Below are positions 12,501 to 21,384 of a stretch of 64,000 nt of DNA, piece after piece. Below the pieces are notes generated by a model. The model was not told the DNA's origin, made no database searches, and worked only from the letters and a program-made list of their open reading frames with translations. The number at the start of each line of letters is the position of its first letter. Positions within the stretch are counted from its first letter, which is position 1. This DNA comes from Naegleria gruberi. Lineage: Eukaryota. The stretch is from the NCBI GenBank assembly GCA_000004985.1, contig GG738872.1, one strand, 5' to 3'. The translations under genes and the position numbers were made by a program.

Positions 12501-15500
12501 GATGCTACTTGGCAAGAGCACTTTAAGAGAATCCGTTTCAATCTCTTACGTACTTTTGTTGATATTTATGTTGAATTGGTATTCACTCCTTTCGAAGCTT
12601 ACAACAATATTGATGCTATTATTCGTTGTTTATTCAGATTGTATGTTAGTGGTAAAGGTCTTTTGGAATGGACAACCTTCCAATCTGCTAGTAGTATTTA
12701 CAAGACTAATTTGTTCTTGGCCATGTCTAGATTGTTGTGGTTCCCAGTCTTGTTGACTACCTCTATTATTGCTTACATTGTCATTCAACATAATACTGCT
12801 GTTGCTTATAATGAATGGCAAACGTATGGTTTCACTAGAAGACCATTCATGTTGGCCAGTAATCTTATTACCATTATTCTCATGTTTGCCAGTTGGATTC
12901 TTTCACCATTCATTGCCTACTACTTGAGTAAGCCATTGAAGAAGAATCTCTTTGAGAGAGAAAATTTCAATGACCTCACCAAGGATGACAAGGTCTTCTT
13001 GCATGTCTTGTCTCGTAGAACTTGGAGATTCTTTGAAACATTTGTCAGAAAGGAAGATAACTATCTCCCACTCGATAACTACCAAGATTTCCCAAAGCCA
13101 ATGCTTGCTCGTAGAACCAGTCCAACTAATATTGGTCTTGCTTTGCTTGCCAATTTGGGTGGTCACGACTTTGGTTATATTACTAATAATGAATGTGTCA
13201 CTCGTATTCACAATACTTTGTCTACACTTTCCAACATGGATCGTTATAAGGGACATTTCTACAATTGGTATGATACTCAAGATTTAAGACCATTGTGGCC
13301 TAAATACATCAGTGCTGTTGACAGTGGTAACTTGGTTGGTCACTTACTCATTTTGAAGGCAGGTTTGGTTGAATTGAGCGACAACGTTCCAATTATTAAT
13401 ACTGATACTTATGTTTCTGGTTTGAGAGACAACTTGTACAGTATGCAATTCATCCTCAAAGAAGTTGAAAAGACAACCGATACTGACGAAGAAGAACTCG
13501 TTTACTTTGACATTAATGAAATCAAGCCAATGATTGAAGACTTGCACACCAAGTTGGATAACAAACCAACTAAGATTTCCAAATTGATTCGTTGGTACAC
13601 TGAAATTAAGGCCAGTTCCAAGAAATTGGAAGAAAGCTTGAATGAATCCCTCAACAAGCTTATTGAAGCCAGTAAGGATGACAGTCAAGCAGATATTGAA
13701 TGGCTCGCTGAAGACATTGAAGAAAGGTGTGAAAAGCAACTCTTATTCTATTCTCAATCATTCGTTCATCTAGTCTCTGAAATTGCTCAAGAATTGAATG
13801 AATTGGTTCCATTCTCCAAGCATTGGGATTTGCCTGAGGAATTAGTTTCACCTCCAAGCTCATTGGCTGGACTTTTAGAAAATGAAGCTATCACTCAATT
13901 CACTCAACAATTCAACAAGATGAATATTGAACAATTGACTCTCAGAGGTATTCTTGGTGTCAAGGAACAATTAGGTATTTCAAAGGTTAGTAAGGTATTG
14001 GGAAGCCTTAAAGTTACTGGTTCAACCTCTAATTTATCATCTGGACCAAAGGGAGTTGAAGCTTTGAAACGTTGGGTTACAGAATTGGAAGAATCCATTG
14101 TCAATGCTGAAAGTGAAGCCAAGAAGCGTTGTAACAAGTTGAAACGTCTCATCAATACTACTGATGATTTGATCAAGCAAGACTTTAGCTTCTTGTATAA
14201 TCCATCTCGTGATTTGCTTGTCATTGGTTACAATGTTGAATCTGACAGAATTGATCAAGCTCACTACGACATGTTCTGTTCTGAAGCTCGTCTTATCAGT
14301 TACGTTGGTATTGCTTTGGGCTATTTCCCAGTTAAACATTGGTTCTCCATGAGTCGTCTTATTACCACTCAAGGTACTCACCCAGCATTATTGTCATGGT
14401 CTGGTTCTGCCTTTGAATATTTGTTGCCACTCAACGTTATGCCAAATATTCCAGGTACTCTCCTCGATTCTACCTACCATGCTGTCGTCTTACGTCAAAT
14501 TGAATATGGTAAACAAAAGAATATTCCTTGGGGTATGAGTGAAAGTGCTTACAATTTGATGGATGCTAATCTTGTTTATCAATATGGTCCATTTGGTGTT
14601 CCAGGTTTGGGTTTGAAGAGAGGTTTGTCTAATGACTTGGTTGTTGCACCATATGCTACTGTTATGAGTTTGATGGTTCTTCCAAAACAAGCCACCAAGA
14701 ACTTGAGACGTTTGAACGAAATGAATTTCTTGGGTTGTTATGGTATGATTGAATCTGTTGACTTTACTCCTCACAGATTGAGAGGTAATATTGATGCTCA
14801 ACCAATCAAATCTTTCTTTGCTCACCACCAAGGTATGTCATTCCTCAGTTTGTTGTACTGTTTGAAGGCACAACCAATGCAAAGAAGATTTATGGCTGTT
14901 CCAGAATTTGCTGCCAACGTTTTGTTGCTTCAAGAAAAGATTCCAACAGTTCCACACATTTCCAATCCAAATGAAAAGGAAACAGAACGTTGGAAGAATG
15001 TTGGCTACAATCTCCCTTGTGCTAACAGACAATTCCAAGGTTTACACACCTATCCAGAAGTTCACATGCTCAGTAATCACGCCTTGCACGTAATGTTAAC
15101 TGTTAACGGTGGTGGTTACATTAAATATGAAGATATGAGTGTTACCAGATGGAGAGAAGATGCCACTCTTGATGGTTATGGTGTTTTGATTTATTTCAGA
15201 GATATGCAAGATAAGACTGATGTCTGGTCTGCTACATCCACACCAATCAAGGCCTCTAATGATAGTAATTATTCAGTCACTTTCAGTCAAGCTCGTGCTG
15301 AATTTAGAAGAAAACACAAGGGAATGACCACAGAAACAATTGTTACAGTTTCTCCATTGGATAATGTTGAAGTTAGACGTGTTAAATTTACCAATAATAC
15401 TAACAAGACAAAGGAAATTGAATTTACCAGTTATGGTGAAGTTGTTTTGAATCAAGGACGTGCTGATGCTGCTCACAGAGCCTTCTCTAACTTGTTTGTC

Positions 15501-18500
15501 GGTACTGAAATTCTTCATCAACAAAATGCCATCCTCTTCTACAGAAAGCAAAGAGATCCAAAAGACAAGAAGGTCTTTGGTTTCCACATTTTATTCGTTC
15601 ACGAACCAAAGAATATTATTGCCGAATCAACCTTTGAAACTGATAGAAGTAGTTTCTTAGGTAGAGGTTATACCATGCAAAGACCAAAGGCTCTCTCTGA
15701 CGACCTTGGTCCACTCTCAAATACTTCTGGTTTCCCTCTTGATCCAATCTTTGCTATTCGTCAATGTTTGAGAATCAAGCCAGGTAGAACTGTTCACATT
15801 GATTATATTACTGGTGTTGCTTTCTCCAAGGAAGACGCTATCAGTGTTATTAAGAAGTATCAAAGCAAGAAGACAACTAACCACGTTGTTAACTTTGCTT
15901 GGGTTGCCTCTGAAAAGCTTTGCTTCCGTTTGGGTATTACTGAAATTGAAGCTCAATTGTTCTCAAAGTTGGCTGGTTGTATCCTCTATTCTAATCCACG
16001 TTATCGTGCTCCACCTGGTCTTATTACCAAGAATAAGAATAATCAATCTGGTTTGTGGAAGTTTGGTATTTCTGGTGATATTCCACTCATTTTGGTTCGT
16101 GTTTGCGATCTTGAACAATCATTCTTTATGCAACAAGTTCTCCAAGCTCACGCTTATTGTAGATGCAAGGGTGTTAAATTTGATTTGGTTATTTGGAACG
16201 ATGAAACAACTCACTATCGTGACTTGCTCAATCAAACTCTCCATCATATCATGTCCCACATTCCAGGTTCAACTGATTTATTGCATCAACCTGGTGGTAT
16301 TCACCCTGTTAGAGGTGACAGTTTGACCTCATTTGAAACTGTCTTGTTGTACTCTGTTGCTCGTGTCGTTTTATCTGACAATGGTGGTAGCTTAACAGAT
16401 CAAATTAACAGAACTTCCAAGAAGGGATACGTTGTTCCTCCATTCCGTGTTATTACTCAACCTCGTGTCATTAAGGATACAATGAATACAGTTCCAAAGT
16501 TGCATGAAAGAGACCTCATTTTGAGAAACGATGTTGGTGGTTTCGATGCTAAGCGTAAGGAATATGTCATGATGTTGGGCAAGAATCATGTTACTCCAAA
16601 GCCATGGTGTAACGTTTTGGCTAACGATAGATTTGGTTCAGTCATCTCTGAAAAGGGTAGTGCTTACTCATTCTTCACTAATGCTCACGAATACAGATTG
16701 ACTCCATTTAACAATGATGCTGTCCTCGATAACTCTGGTGAAGCATTCTATATTAGAGATGAAAGCACTGGTCAATACTGGTCACCAATGCCTCAACCTG
16801 TACCAATTGATAGAGATGATTACTATTACATTTGTAGACATGGTATTGGTTACAGTACTTGGGAACATTTCCATGATGGTATTCATACTGAAACTACCAC
16901 ATTTGTTCCACAAAATGAACCTGTCAAGATTATCTTGATCCGTGTAACTAACAATAGTGGTTTTGATAGAAACTTGACTGTTACTGGTTTTGTTGAATGG
17001 GTTTTGGGTGAATTGAGAGAATTGAATGCTCCACACATTATTACTGATGTTGAAAGAACTGACAATAGTACAGCTGTTATTGCTAGAAATAACTTCCATA
17101 TTCAATTGTCTCACTTTGTTGGTTTTATGTCCGTTATTGGTCACAAGGAAGGTACAATTACTGGTGATAGAAATGAATTTATTGGAAGTAATGGTACTCT
17201 TGATAGACCTCAAGCTATGAAACAACAATACCTCTCAGGAAATGTTGGTGCTGCTTTCGATCCATGTGCTGCTATTCAAGTTCCAATCACTGTCGAAGAT
17301 GGTAAAGTTGTTGAAGTTGCATTCATGATTGGTGCCAACTATTCTAGAGATGGTGCTAAGGATGTCATTTCTCGTATTCGTAGTAACCTCATTGTTAGAC
17401 AATTATTGAACAGTGTTAAGGCCTTCTGGCACTATAATCTCAACACTATTCAAGTTGAAACTCCAAGCCCTGATTTGGATGTTTTGGCCAACGGTTGGTT
17501 GTTGTACCAAGTTTTGTCTTCTCGTATTTGGGGTAGATCTGGTTTCTATCAATCCAGTGGTGCTTTTGGTTTCAGAGATCAATTGCAAGATACTATGGCT
17601 GTTGCCTCTGTAATGCCTCAAATTTTGAGACAACAAATTCTCACCAATTGTGAACATCAATTTGAAAAAGGTGACGTATGCCATTGGTGGCACGACATTA
17701 CTAACAGTGGTGTCAGAACTACATTCAGTGACGACTACTTGTGGCTTCCACTCGCTGTTGCTCACTATTTGGAAATTACTGAAGATTACAAATTACTCCA
17801 CGAAAGAATTAGATTCTGTAAGCTCAGAGAAATTGAACCAGGTGAAGAATCAGTCTATGACAAGCTTGAATACACTGAAGAAACTGAAAGTATCTATGAA
17901 CATTGTAAGCGTGCATTGAAGTATGGTTTCAAATATGGTGCTCATGGACTTCCTCTTATGGGATGTGGTGACTGGAACGATGGTATGAATCTCGTTGGTA
18001 TTCATGGTAAAGGTGAAAGTGTTTGGTTGGCATTCTTCTTGTTCCACGTTTTGGAGAACTTTGAAAAGAATATCTTGGAAACTGAAATTAAGGATGATGA
18101 ATTCTTAGAAGAATGTAGAAAGAATCGTGAATACATCAAGGCCAACATTGAAGGACAAGCTTGGGATGGAGAATGGTATCGTAGAGCCTACTTTGATAGT
18201 GGTGAGCCTCTTGGTTCTAAGGAAAATTCTGAATGCCAAATTGACAGTTTGCCACAATCATGGGCTATTATCAGTGGTTGTGTTGATAAGAAGAGAGCTA
18301 AAATGGCCCTTACAAATGCCTATCAAAGGTTGGTCAGACATGACTTGAAGCTTATTCAATTGTTCGATCCACCACTCCAACATCAAGAACCATCTGCTGG
18401 TTACATTCAAGGTTATGCTCCTGGTGTCAGAGAAAATGGTGGTCAATATACCCATGCTTCTATTTGGTTTGCTTGGGCTTATTCCATTCTCAAGGATAAC

Positions 18501-18929
18501 AAGAAGGTTTGGGACTTGTTCGACATTTTGAATCCAATCAACCATGCCAAGACTAAGGAAGATGTTTGGAAATACAAGGTTGAACCATACGTTGTCACTG
18601 CTGATATTTACACATTGATGGATCACGAAGGTGAAGGTGGTTGGAGTTGGTTCACTGGTTCTGGTGGTTGGTTCTATAGATTAATCTTGGAAAGACTCAT
18701 TGGTATCAAGAAGCAAGGTAACTCTCTCAAATTCGATCCATGTCCAAAGGAAGATTGGAAGAAGTATAACATTAATTATCAACATGGCAAGACTGCTTAC
18801 CAAATTCAAGTTACAAGATCTGAAGAAAATGTCATGATTGTTGATGGTGTTAAGAGAGCTGATCCAACTCGTATTCCACTTGTTGATGACGGAAAGACTC
18901 ACAAGGTTGAAATTTATTACAAGTATTAA
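9534..18929 (+). CDS. cgs: cyclic beta-1,2-glucan synthase-like protein (GT84 glycosyltransferase + multi-TM + GH94 glycoside-phosphorylase-like C-terminal domain)
   Basis: Single uninterrupted ORF 9342..18929; the first ATG is at 9534. The GT domain has the motifs HVITLDTDTMLP (DxD, about 11768), GYGLLQPRV (about 11892) and RRHRWIRGDWQ (Q/RxxRW, about 12204). It is flanked by TM clusters at about 11040-11230 and 12290-12960. The C-terminal third is GH94 (cellobiose-phosphorylase-like), with GAFGFRDQLQDT, GCGDWNDGMN (17961-17990) and RENGGQYTHASIW (18429-18467). The domain order matches bacterial Cgs/NdvB/ChvB, which are about 2,800-2,900 aa. Confidence 0.85.
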   Translation: MQPIENMFSGLLDSSNKQNEDSSNEVTSVDSPSKSKKVSGIRRAASIQVGLSDFELSGTNVPNPESISLTHLSKYAITLAGMHEVVEEKKEFVKLIKRLDETASIITQAHDIIYEAIMQNRRITSSDEWLVDNFWMIKEQIHMTKKHLPLGYEKEMPKLNNTKCAGYPRIYGIIWELINLVNGQVTEENIFQFVKSYQSVKPLTIGECWGIGVMLRLGLLENIRRVADGIISRRQDCNLADAWADRLLTSAEKSSRDVVQILYQLSQSEPIITNAFVLQISQRLQGSDPVLSIVNTWLEQQLSIKGIDIDQIFRMQKQANSSNQVTMSYSINSLRLINNFNWKEFVEKLSHMDVILRKDPSGIYSYQNFHTRDRCRHAIERIAKRFKIDEKQVANKALSLAKENHEVLQSCVLGSPRRTRSGSDAEPPSSPGSSPTALSPRSASNVIRNMNPDQMYDMKLIRRKACITYWLLEDEGIKELHRALGFRMSRLPFSFDLRFPSFITSIIFWTCLFAIAYIFMTKHSYQTQFDRYLPFSGVESLKLYFVYEKYLALVLLYISVLFVGSQLAVSLTNMTFVRLKYPASLPSMDFSTTGIPDEHRSIVVVPTMITSSDGINELLSDLQGRYLINRDKNIVFGLITDFGDSKTETTEKDDALVKQVVDGINELNKMYTRTPEEQRYSKTTFFLFHRKRLYNPVEKVFMGWERKRGKLAEFNTFILHGEKGSFSHIIGDTTNLNTVKHVITLDTDTMLPSDAARGLVEIAAHVLNEPVIDNQTKRVTHGYGLLQPRVSNGFTGSTKSLYAYMHSMDSGLDPYTREVSDVYQDTFGEGSFIGKGLYNVETFETVCGEKFPENRILSHDLIEGCFVRSGLTSGIEVIEDYPSSYGVEASRRHRWIRGDWQIASYAFSPFILTAKGYEKNTLSALHRWKIFDNLRRSLVPAAMTYLIMSTALFTSYHSKLPFVAVLAVLSIYLIPTTINTIIDVVKKPEDATWQEHFKRIRFNLLRTFVDIYVELVFTPFEAYNNIDAIIRCLFRLYVSGKGLLEWTTFQSASSIYKTNLFLAMSRLLWFPVLLTTSIIAYIVIQHNTAVAYNEWQTYGFTRRPFMLASNLITIILMFASWILSPFIAYYLSKPLKKNLFERENFNDLTKDDKVFLHVLSRRTWRFFETFVRKEDNYLPLDNYQDFPKPMLARRTSPTNIGLALLANLGGHDFGYITNNECVTRIHNTLSTLSNMDRYKGHFYNWYDTQDLRPLWPKYISAVDSGNLVGHLLILKAGLVELSDNVPIINTDTYVSGLRDNLYSMQFILKEVEKTTDTDEEELVYFDINEIKPMIEDLHTKLDNKPTKISKLIRWYTEIKASSKKLEESLNESLNKLIEASKDDSQADIEWLAEDIEERCEKQLLFYSQSFVHLVSEIAQELNELVPFSKHWDLPEELVSPPSSLAGLLENEAITQFTQQFNKMNIEQLTLRGILGVKEQLGISKVSKVLGSLKVTGSTSNLSSGPKGVEALKRWVTELEESIVNAESEAKKRCNKLKRLINTTDDLIKQDFSFLYNPSRDLLVIGYNVESDRIDQAHYDMFCSEARLISYVGIALGYFPVKHWFSMSRLITTQGTHPALLSWSGSAFEYLLPLNVMPNIPGTLLDSTYHAVVLRQIEYGKQKNIPWGMSESAYNLMDANLVYQYGPFGVPGLGLKRGLSNDLVVAPYATVMSLMVLPKQATKNLRRLNEMNFLGCYGMIESVDFTPHRLRGNIDAQPIKSFFAHHQGMSFLSLLYCLKAQPMQRRFMAVPEFAANVLLLQEKIPTVPHISNPNEKETERWKNVGYNLPCANRQFQGLHTYPEVHMLSNHALHVMLTVNGGGYIKYEDMSVTRWREDATLDGYGVLIYFRDMQDKTDVWSATSTPIKASNDSNYSVTFSQARAEFRRKHKGMTTETIVTVSPLDNVEVRRVKFTNNTNKTKEIEFTSYGEVVLNQGRADAAHRAFSNLFVGTEILHQQNAILFYRKQRDPKDKKVFGFHILFVHEPKNIIAESTFETDRSSFLGRGYTMQRPKALSDDLGPLSNTSGFPLDPIFAIRQCLRIKPGRTVHIDYITGVAFSKEDAISVIKKYQSKKTTNHVVNFAWVASEKLCFRLGITEIEAQLFSKLAGCILYSNPRYRAPPGLITKNKNNQSGLWKFGISGDIPLILVRVCDLEQSFFMQQVLQAHAYCRCKGVKFDLVIWNDETTHYRDLLNQTLHHIMSHIPGSTDLLHQPGGIHPVRGDSLTSFETVLLYSVARVVLSDNGGSLTDQINRTSKKGYVVPPFRVITQPRVIKDTMNTVPKLHERDLILRNDVGGFDAKRKEYVMMLGKNHVTPKPWCNVLANDRFGSVISEKGSAYSFFTNAHEYRLTPFNNDAVLDNSGEAFYIRDESTGQYWSPMPQPVPIDRDDYYYICRHGIGYSTWEHFHDGIHTETTTFVPQNEPVKIILIRVTNNSGFDRNLTVTGFVEWVLGELRELNAPHIITDVERTDNSTAVIARNNFHIQLSHFVGFMSVIGHKEGTITGDRNEFIGSNGTLDRPQAMKQQYLSGNVGAAFDPCAAIQVPITVEDGKVVEVAFMIGANYSRDGAKDVISRIRSNLIVRQLLNSVKAFWHYNLNTIQVETPSPDLDVLANGWLLYQVLSSRIWGRSGFYQSSGAFGFRDQLQDTMAVASVMPQILRQQILTNCEHQFEKGDVCHWWHDITNSGVRTTFSDDYLWLPLAVAHYLEITEDYKLLHERIRFCKLREIEPGEESVYDKLEYTEETESIYEHCKRALKYGFKYGAHGLPLMGCGDWNDGMNLVGIHGKGESVWLAFFLFHVLENFEKNILETEIKDDEFLEECRKNREYIKANIEGQAWDGEWYRRAYFDSGEPLGSKENSECQIDSLPQSWAIISGCVDKKRAKMALTNAYQRLVRHDLKLIQLFDPPLQHQEPSAGYIQGYAPGVRENGGQYTHASIWFAWAYSILKDNKKVWDLFDILNPINHAKTKEDVWKYKVEPYVVTADIYTLMDHEGEGGWSWFTGSGGWFYRLILERLIGIKKQGNSLKFDPCPKEDWKKYNINYQHGKTAYQIQVTRSEENVMIVDGVKRADPTRIPLVDDGKTHKVEIYYKY

Positions 18930-19084
18930 TTAATAAAGTTAAAATAAATTAATTTTAAATCTCTACCAACTTATTAGTTATCCTGATGTCTTTAATTTTA
19001 ACATTTACAGACATAGATGAATCAGATAAGGAATACCACAAGTTAGAATTAGCAAAATAGATTTTATACAATAATATTAATAAA

Positions 19085-20003
19085 TTAATCATCAGCAATA
19101 TAAACTTTCTTTCTGGAAAATATTTTGATGGCTTCGTCAATTTCTTGTAATTTCCTTTCCATATTATTTTTCTTTTGTTGTAAGAATTGAGTATCACACA
19201 ACATTGGAAGCTTATTGATGGCACCCTGCACTTCTCTCTTACTCTTCTCGAGTTCAGTAAGAGTTTCAAGTCTATCTTCTTCAGAAACTAATCTCATTCC
19301 AGGAGGACATTCATCCTTCTTCTTTTGTTCTTCCTTTTCTTTTTGTTCCTTTTCATGTTTGATTGCTTTTCTATCTTTAATGCTATGAATATTTAGCAAA
19401 GAAATTTCAAGATTTAAAAACTTACTATTGAGGCACTCTTCCAAAATCTTCTGGCTTTTCAAAGTCTTCCTTTACAGCTTTCGATGCCACTTTGGCTTCT
19501 CCCTTTTTAGCGATTGATTTCAAATCCTTGGTTGCGTTTTGTACAATATAATTTTTAGAGTCTCTATGTGTGACTGGTTCATTAAATTCCTCCTTCTTAG
19601 GAATTGGTGGTTTCTTCTCGTTGGCTAACATTTCCTTCTCCTTCTTTACTTCAAATGCAATTTCCTTCTTTTTAATATTTTGTTCGGTTATTCTCTCCCT
19701 ATTTGCACCTGATTTCAAATAATTTTCATTCACTGGATTCTCGGGAGTGTAATCTTGTGCTTTAATATCCTTCACCTTTGATTCAACCTCCTTGTATTTT
19801 TGTAGTTTAAATTCTTCCTTCTTGATAGCATCCTTTTCCTTCTTTAATTTATTTTCGTGTTCCTTTTCTTTAAGCGCTTTAAGATTTTGATGCATATGAT
19901 TTTTAGGTATGATACCTTGCTTTTCCTGTACTCCTCTGTATCCGTTCACAGGATGAAGAAAATTTGAAATTTGACTTGAATCCGAATGATGGTGTTTGAT
20001 CAT
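19085..20003 (-). CDS. enkurin-domain protein (Lys/Glu-rich coiled-coil N-terminus); exons 20003..19426 and 19382..19085
   Basis: The C-terminal segment ECPPGMRLVSEEDRLETLTELEKSKREVQGAINKLPMLCDTQFLQQKKNNMERKLQEIDEAIKIFSRKKVYI matches the enkurin-domain pattern. The two ORFs are joined by a 43-nt GTAAGT..catAG intron in frame (..GRVPQ-Y-IKDRKAIKHE..). Confidence 0.6.
19383..19425 (-). other. spliceosomal intron (43 nt, GTAAGT..AG)
   Basis: Donor GTAAGTTTTT overlaps the in-frame TAG. The acceptor is ttcatAG. It has the same 43-nt length as the intron at 1330..1372. Confidence 0.55.
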
Positions 20004-20236
20004 TTTTTTTTATAGTATGGTGGAAATGAATTGTAATTTTGGCGCCAAATGTTAGTTTGTAGTTATTCTTGGCGGGAAATTCTACTTCTCTTTCAGAAAA
20101 GGATATTAATATTCTAATCCTAGAAAATATGAGATTGAGATTGAAAATTATTAAATAATAGTCTGTGATTGATTCTTGTCTGTTCTTTGCAGTACTTTAT
20201 CTATCTCTTTCAAGAGAGATAGAAAACAAAATTGTT

Positions 20237-20800
20237 CTACTGTCTCTTTTTGCCAGTCATGAGGAATTGAGTAATAAATCTTACCAAGGAAAGAAATGAG
20301 TTTTCCTTATTGGATCTAATTGAATTTTTTGCTAATTTATCACCAATTCCTAAAATTGAGGTCGAGAGAGGTATTATGAGTCCAATATGTAGTAAGACAG
20401 TAACTAGATGAAGAAAGTTGTTGAAATGAAAAACTCTCTTCATCAAGGTACCAGCACTCGAAGAAATATCCCAAGCATGGTTTGGATTGACCAGAGTTCT
20501 ATTCGGATGCATGTTTTGTTCCAATAATACGACCCACTGTTCTTCATCCTTTTCATTCATTTCGGAATTAGATGGCTTTTGCCTCTTTTTTAATTCATTC
20601 ACATAATAATAGGGAGGGCCTCCCAAATGATCATATCGGAGTGAATGATAAGCTAATTGTTGAAGAGGATCAACCAAGTCAATATCCTTGTTATAATTCG
20701 GAGGAACATATCGTTCACCCAAACTACTTCCACCTCCAAATTCCCTCCTCAAATCCCAATACATCTCCTCCAATTTATTATTGGATTTCCTTTGCATCAT
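20237..20800 (-). CDS. hypothetical protein with C-terminal TM helix (possibly partial; upstream exon not excluded)
   Basis: ORF 20237..20845. The first ATG (MMQRK) is at 20800. The C-terminal hydrophobic helix is LVTVLLHIGLIIPLSTSILGIG. I recognise no domain. Confidence 0.35.
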   Translation of the reverse strand: MMQRKSNNKLEEMYWDLRREFGGGSSLGERYVPPNYNKDIDLVDPLQQLAYHSLRYDHLGGPPYYYVNELKKRQKPSNSEMNEKDEEQWVVLLEQNMHPNRTLVNPNHAWDISSSAGTLMKRVFHFNNFLHLVTVLLHIGLIIPLSTSILGIGDKLAKNSIRSNKENSFLSLVRFITQFLMTGKKRQ

Positions 20801-21384
20801 TTTCAAATTAATAATTAATTTTGACTGGTACTGATGACAATCCAAAATATTAAATAGTATTTTCTACCTCCGAAAAATAGTTCATTCACCTTCTGTATAT
20901 TATTATCAGACTACCATCAACAATCCAAGAAGCGACAACTTTGTTTGTGGGAAGAAATTGGACTCTTTGTGAACGTTATTTTTTTCGCTGTGTGCGTAAC
21001 GATTTGGTTTTCGCGGGCAATTTGTTACGAATTGTTACCAAAAGTACAAGTAAAATTCTCTCCAAAAAAAACTTTCTCTCTTTCACCCACTACGGCAGTT
21101 AAGAGCTCTTCAAATACAACAACAATAGCAAGAGAACATTATTTTTGACTGGTCCACTTTAAAACCTGTGTACAAACAACAAGGAACAGTGTGCTGCATC
21201 AAGGTCGCATCAGAAAAACTTGTTTTACTAGGCGAAAGGTTTTGAAATTTACAGTCATTATCATCAAGTACCGGTAATAAGGTCGAAAATTGCTCTCATC
21301 AACATCATCATCATCTATTTATTGGACAATTTGTAGATAATCCATCATTAATTTGATTGGATATGAATATAATATAATACAACA

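Noticed and set aside
11228-18902. Numerous 60-150-aa ORFs on the minus strand inside the glucan synthase CDS (for example 11228..11677, 13344..13739, 17403..17765)
   Set aside because: These are antisense shadow ORFs, expected in AT-rich coding DNA with a strong third-position T/A bias. They have no homology or signal features and all sit inside a well-supported long CDS.
9342-18929. Cgs ORF as bacterial contamination or a giant-virus gene
   Set aside because: Base composition and codon usage match neighbouring genes. The flanking genes within 1 kb carry canonical GTAAGT spliceosomal introns and eukaryote-specific domains. A typical eukaryotic housekeeping set (RIOK1, RCC1, ferritin) is on the same contig. 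Linkage still deserves read-level confirmation.
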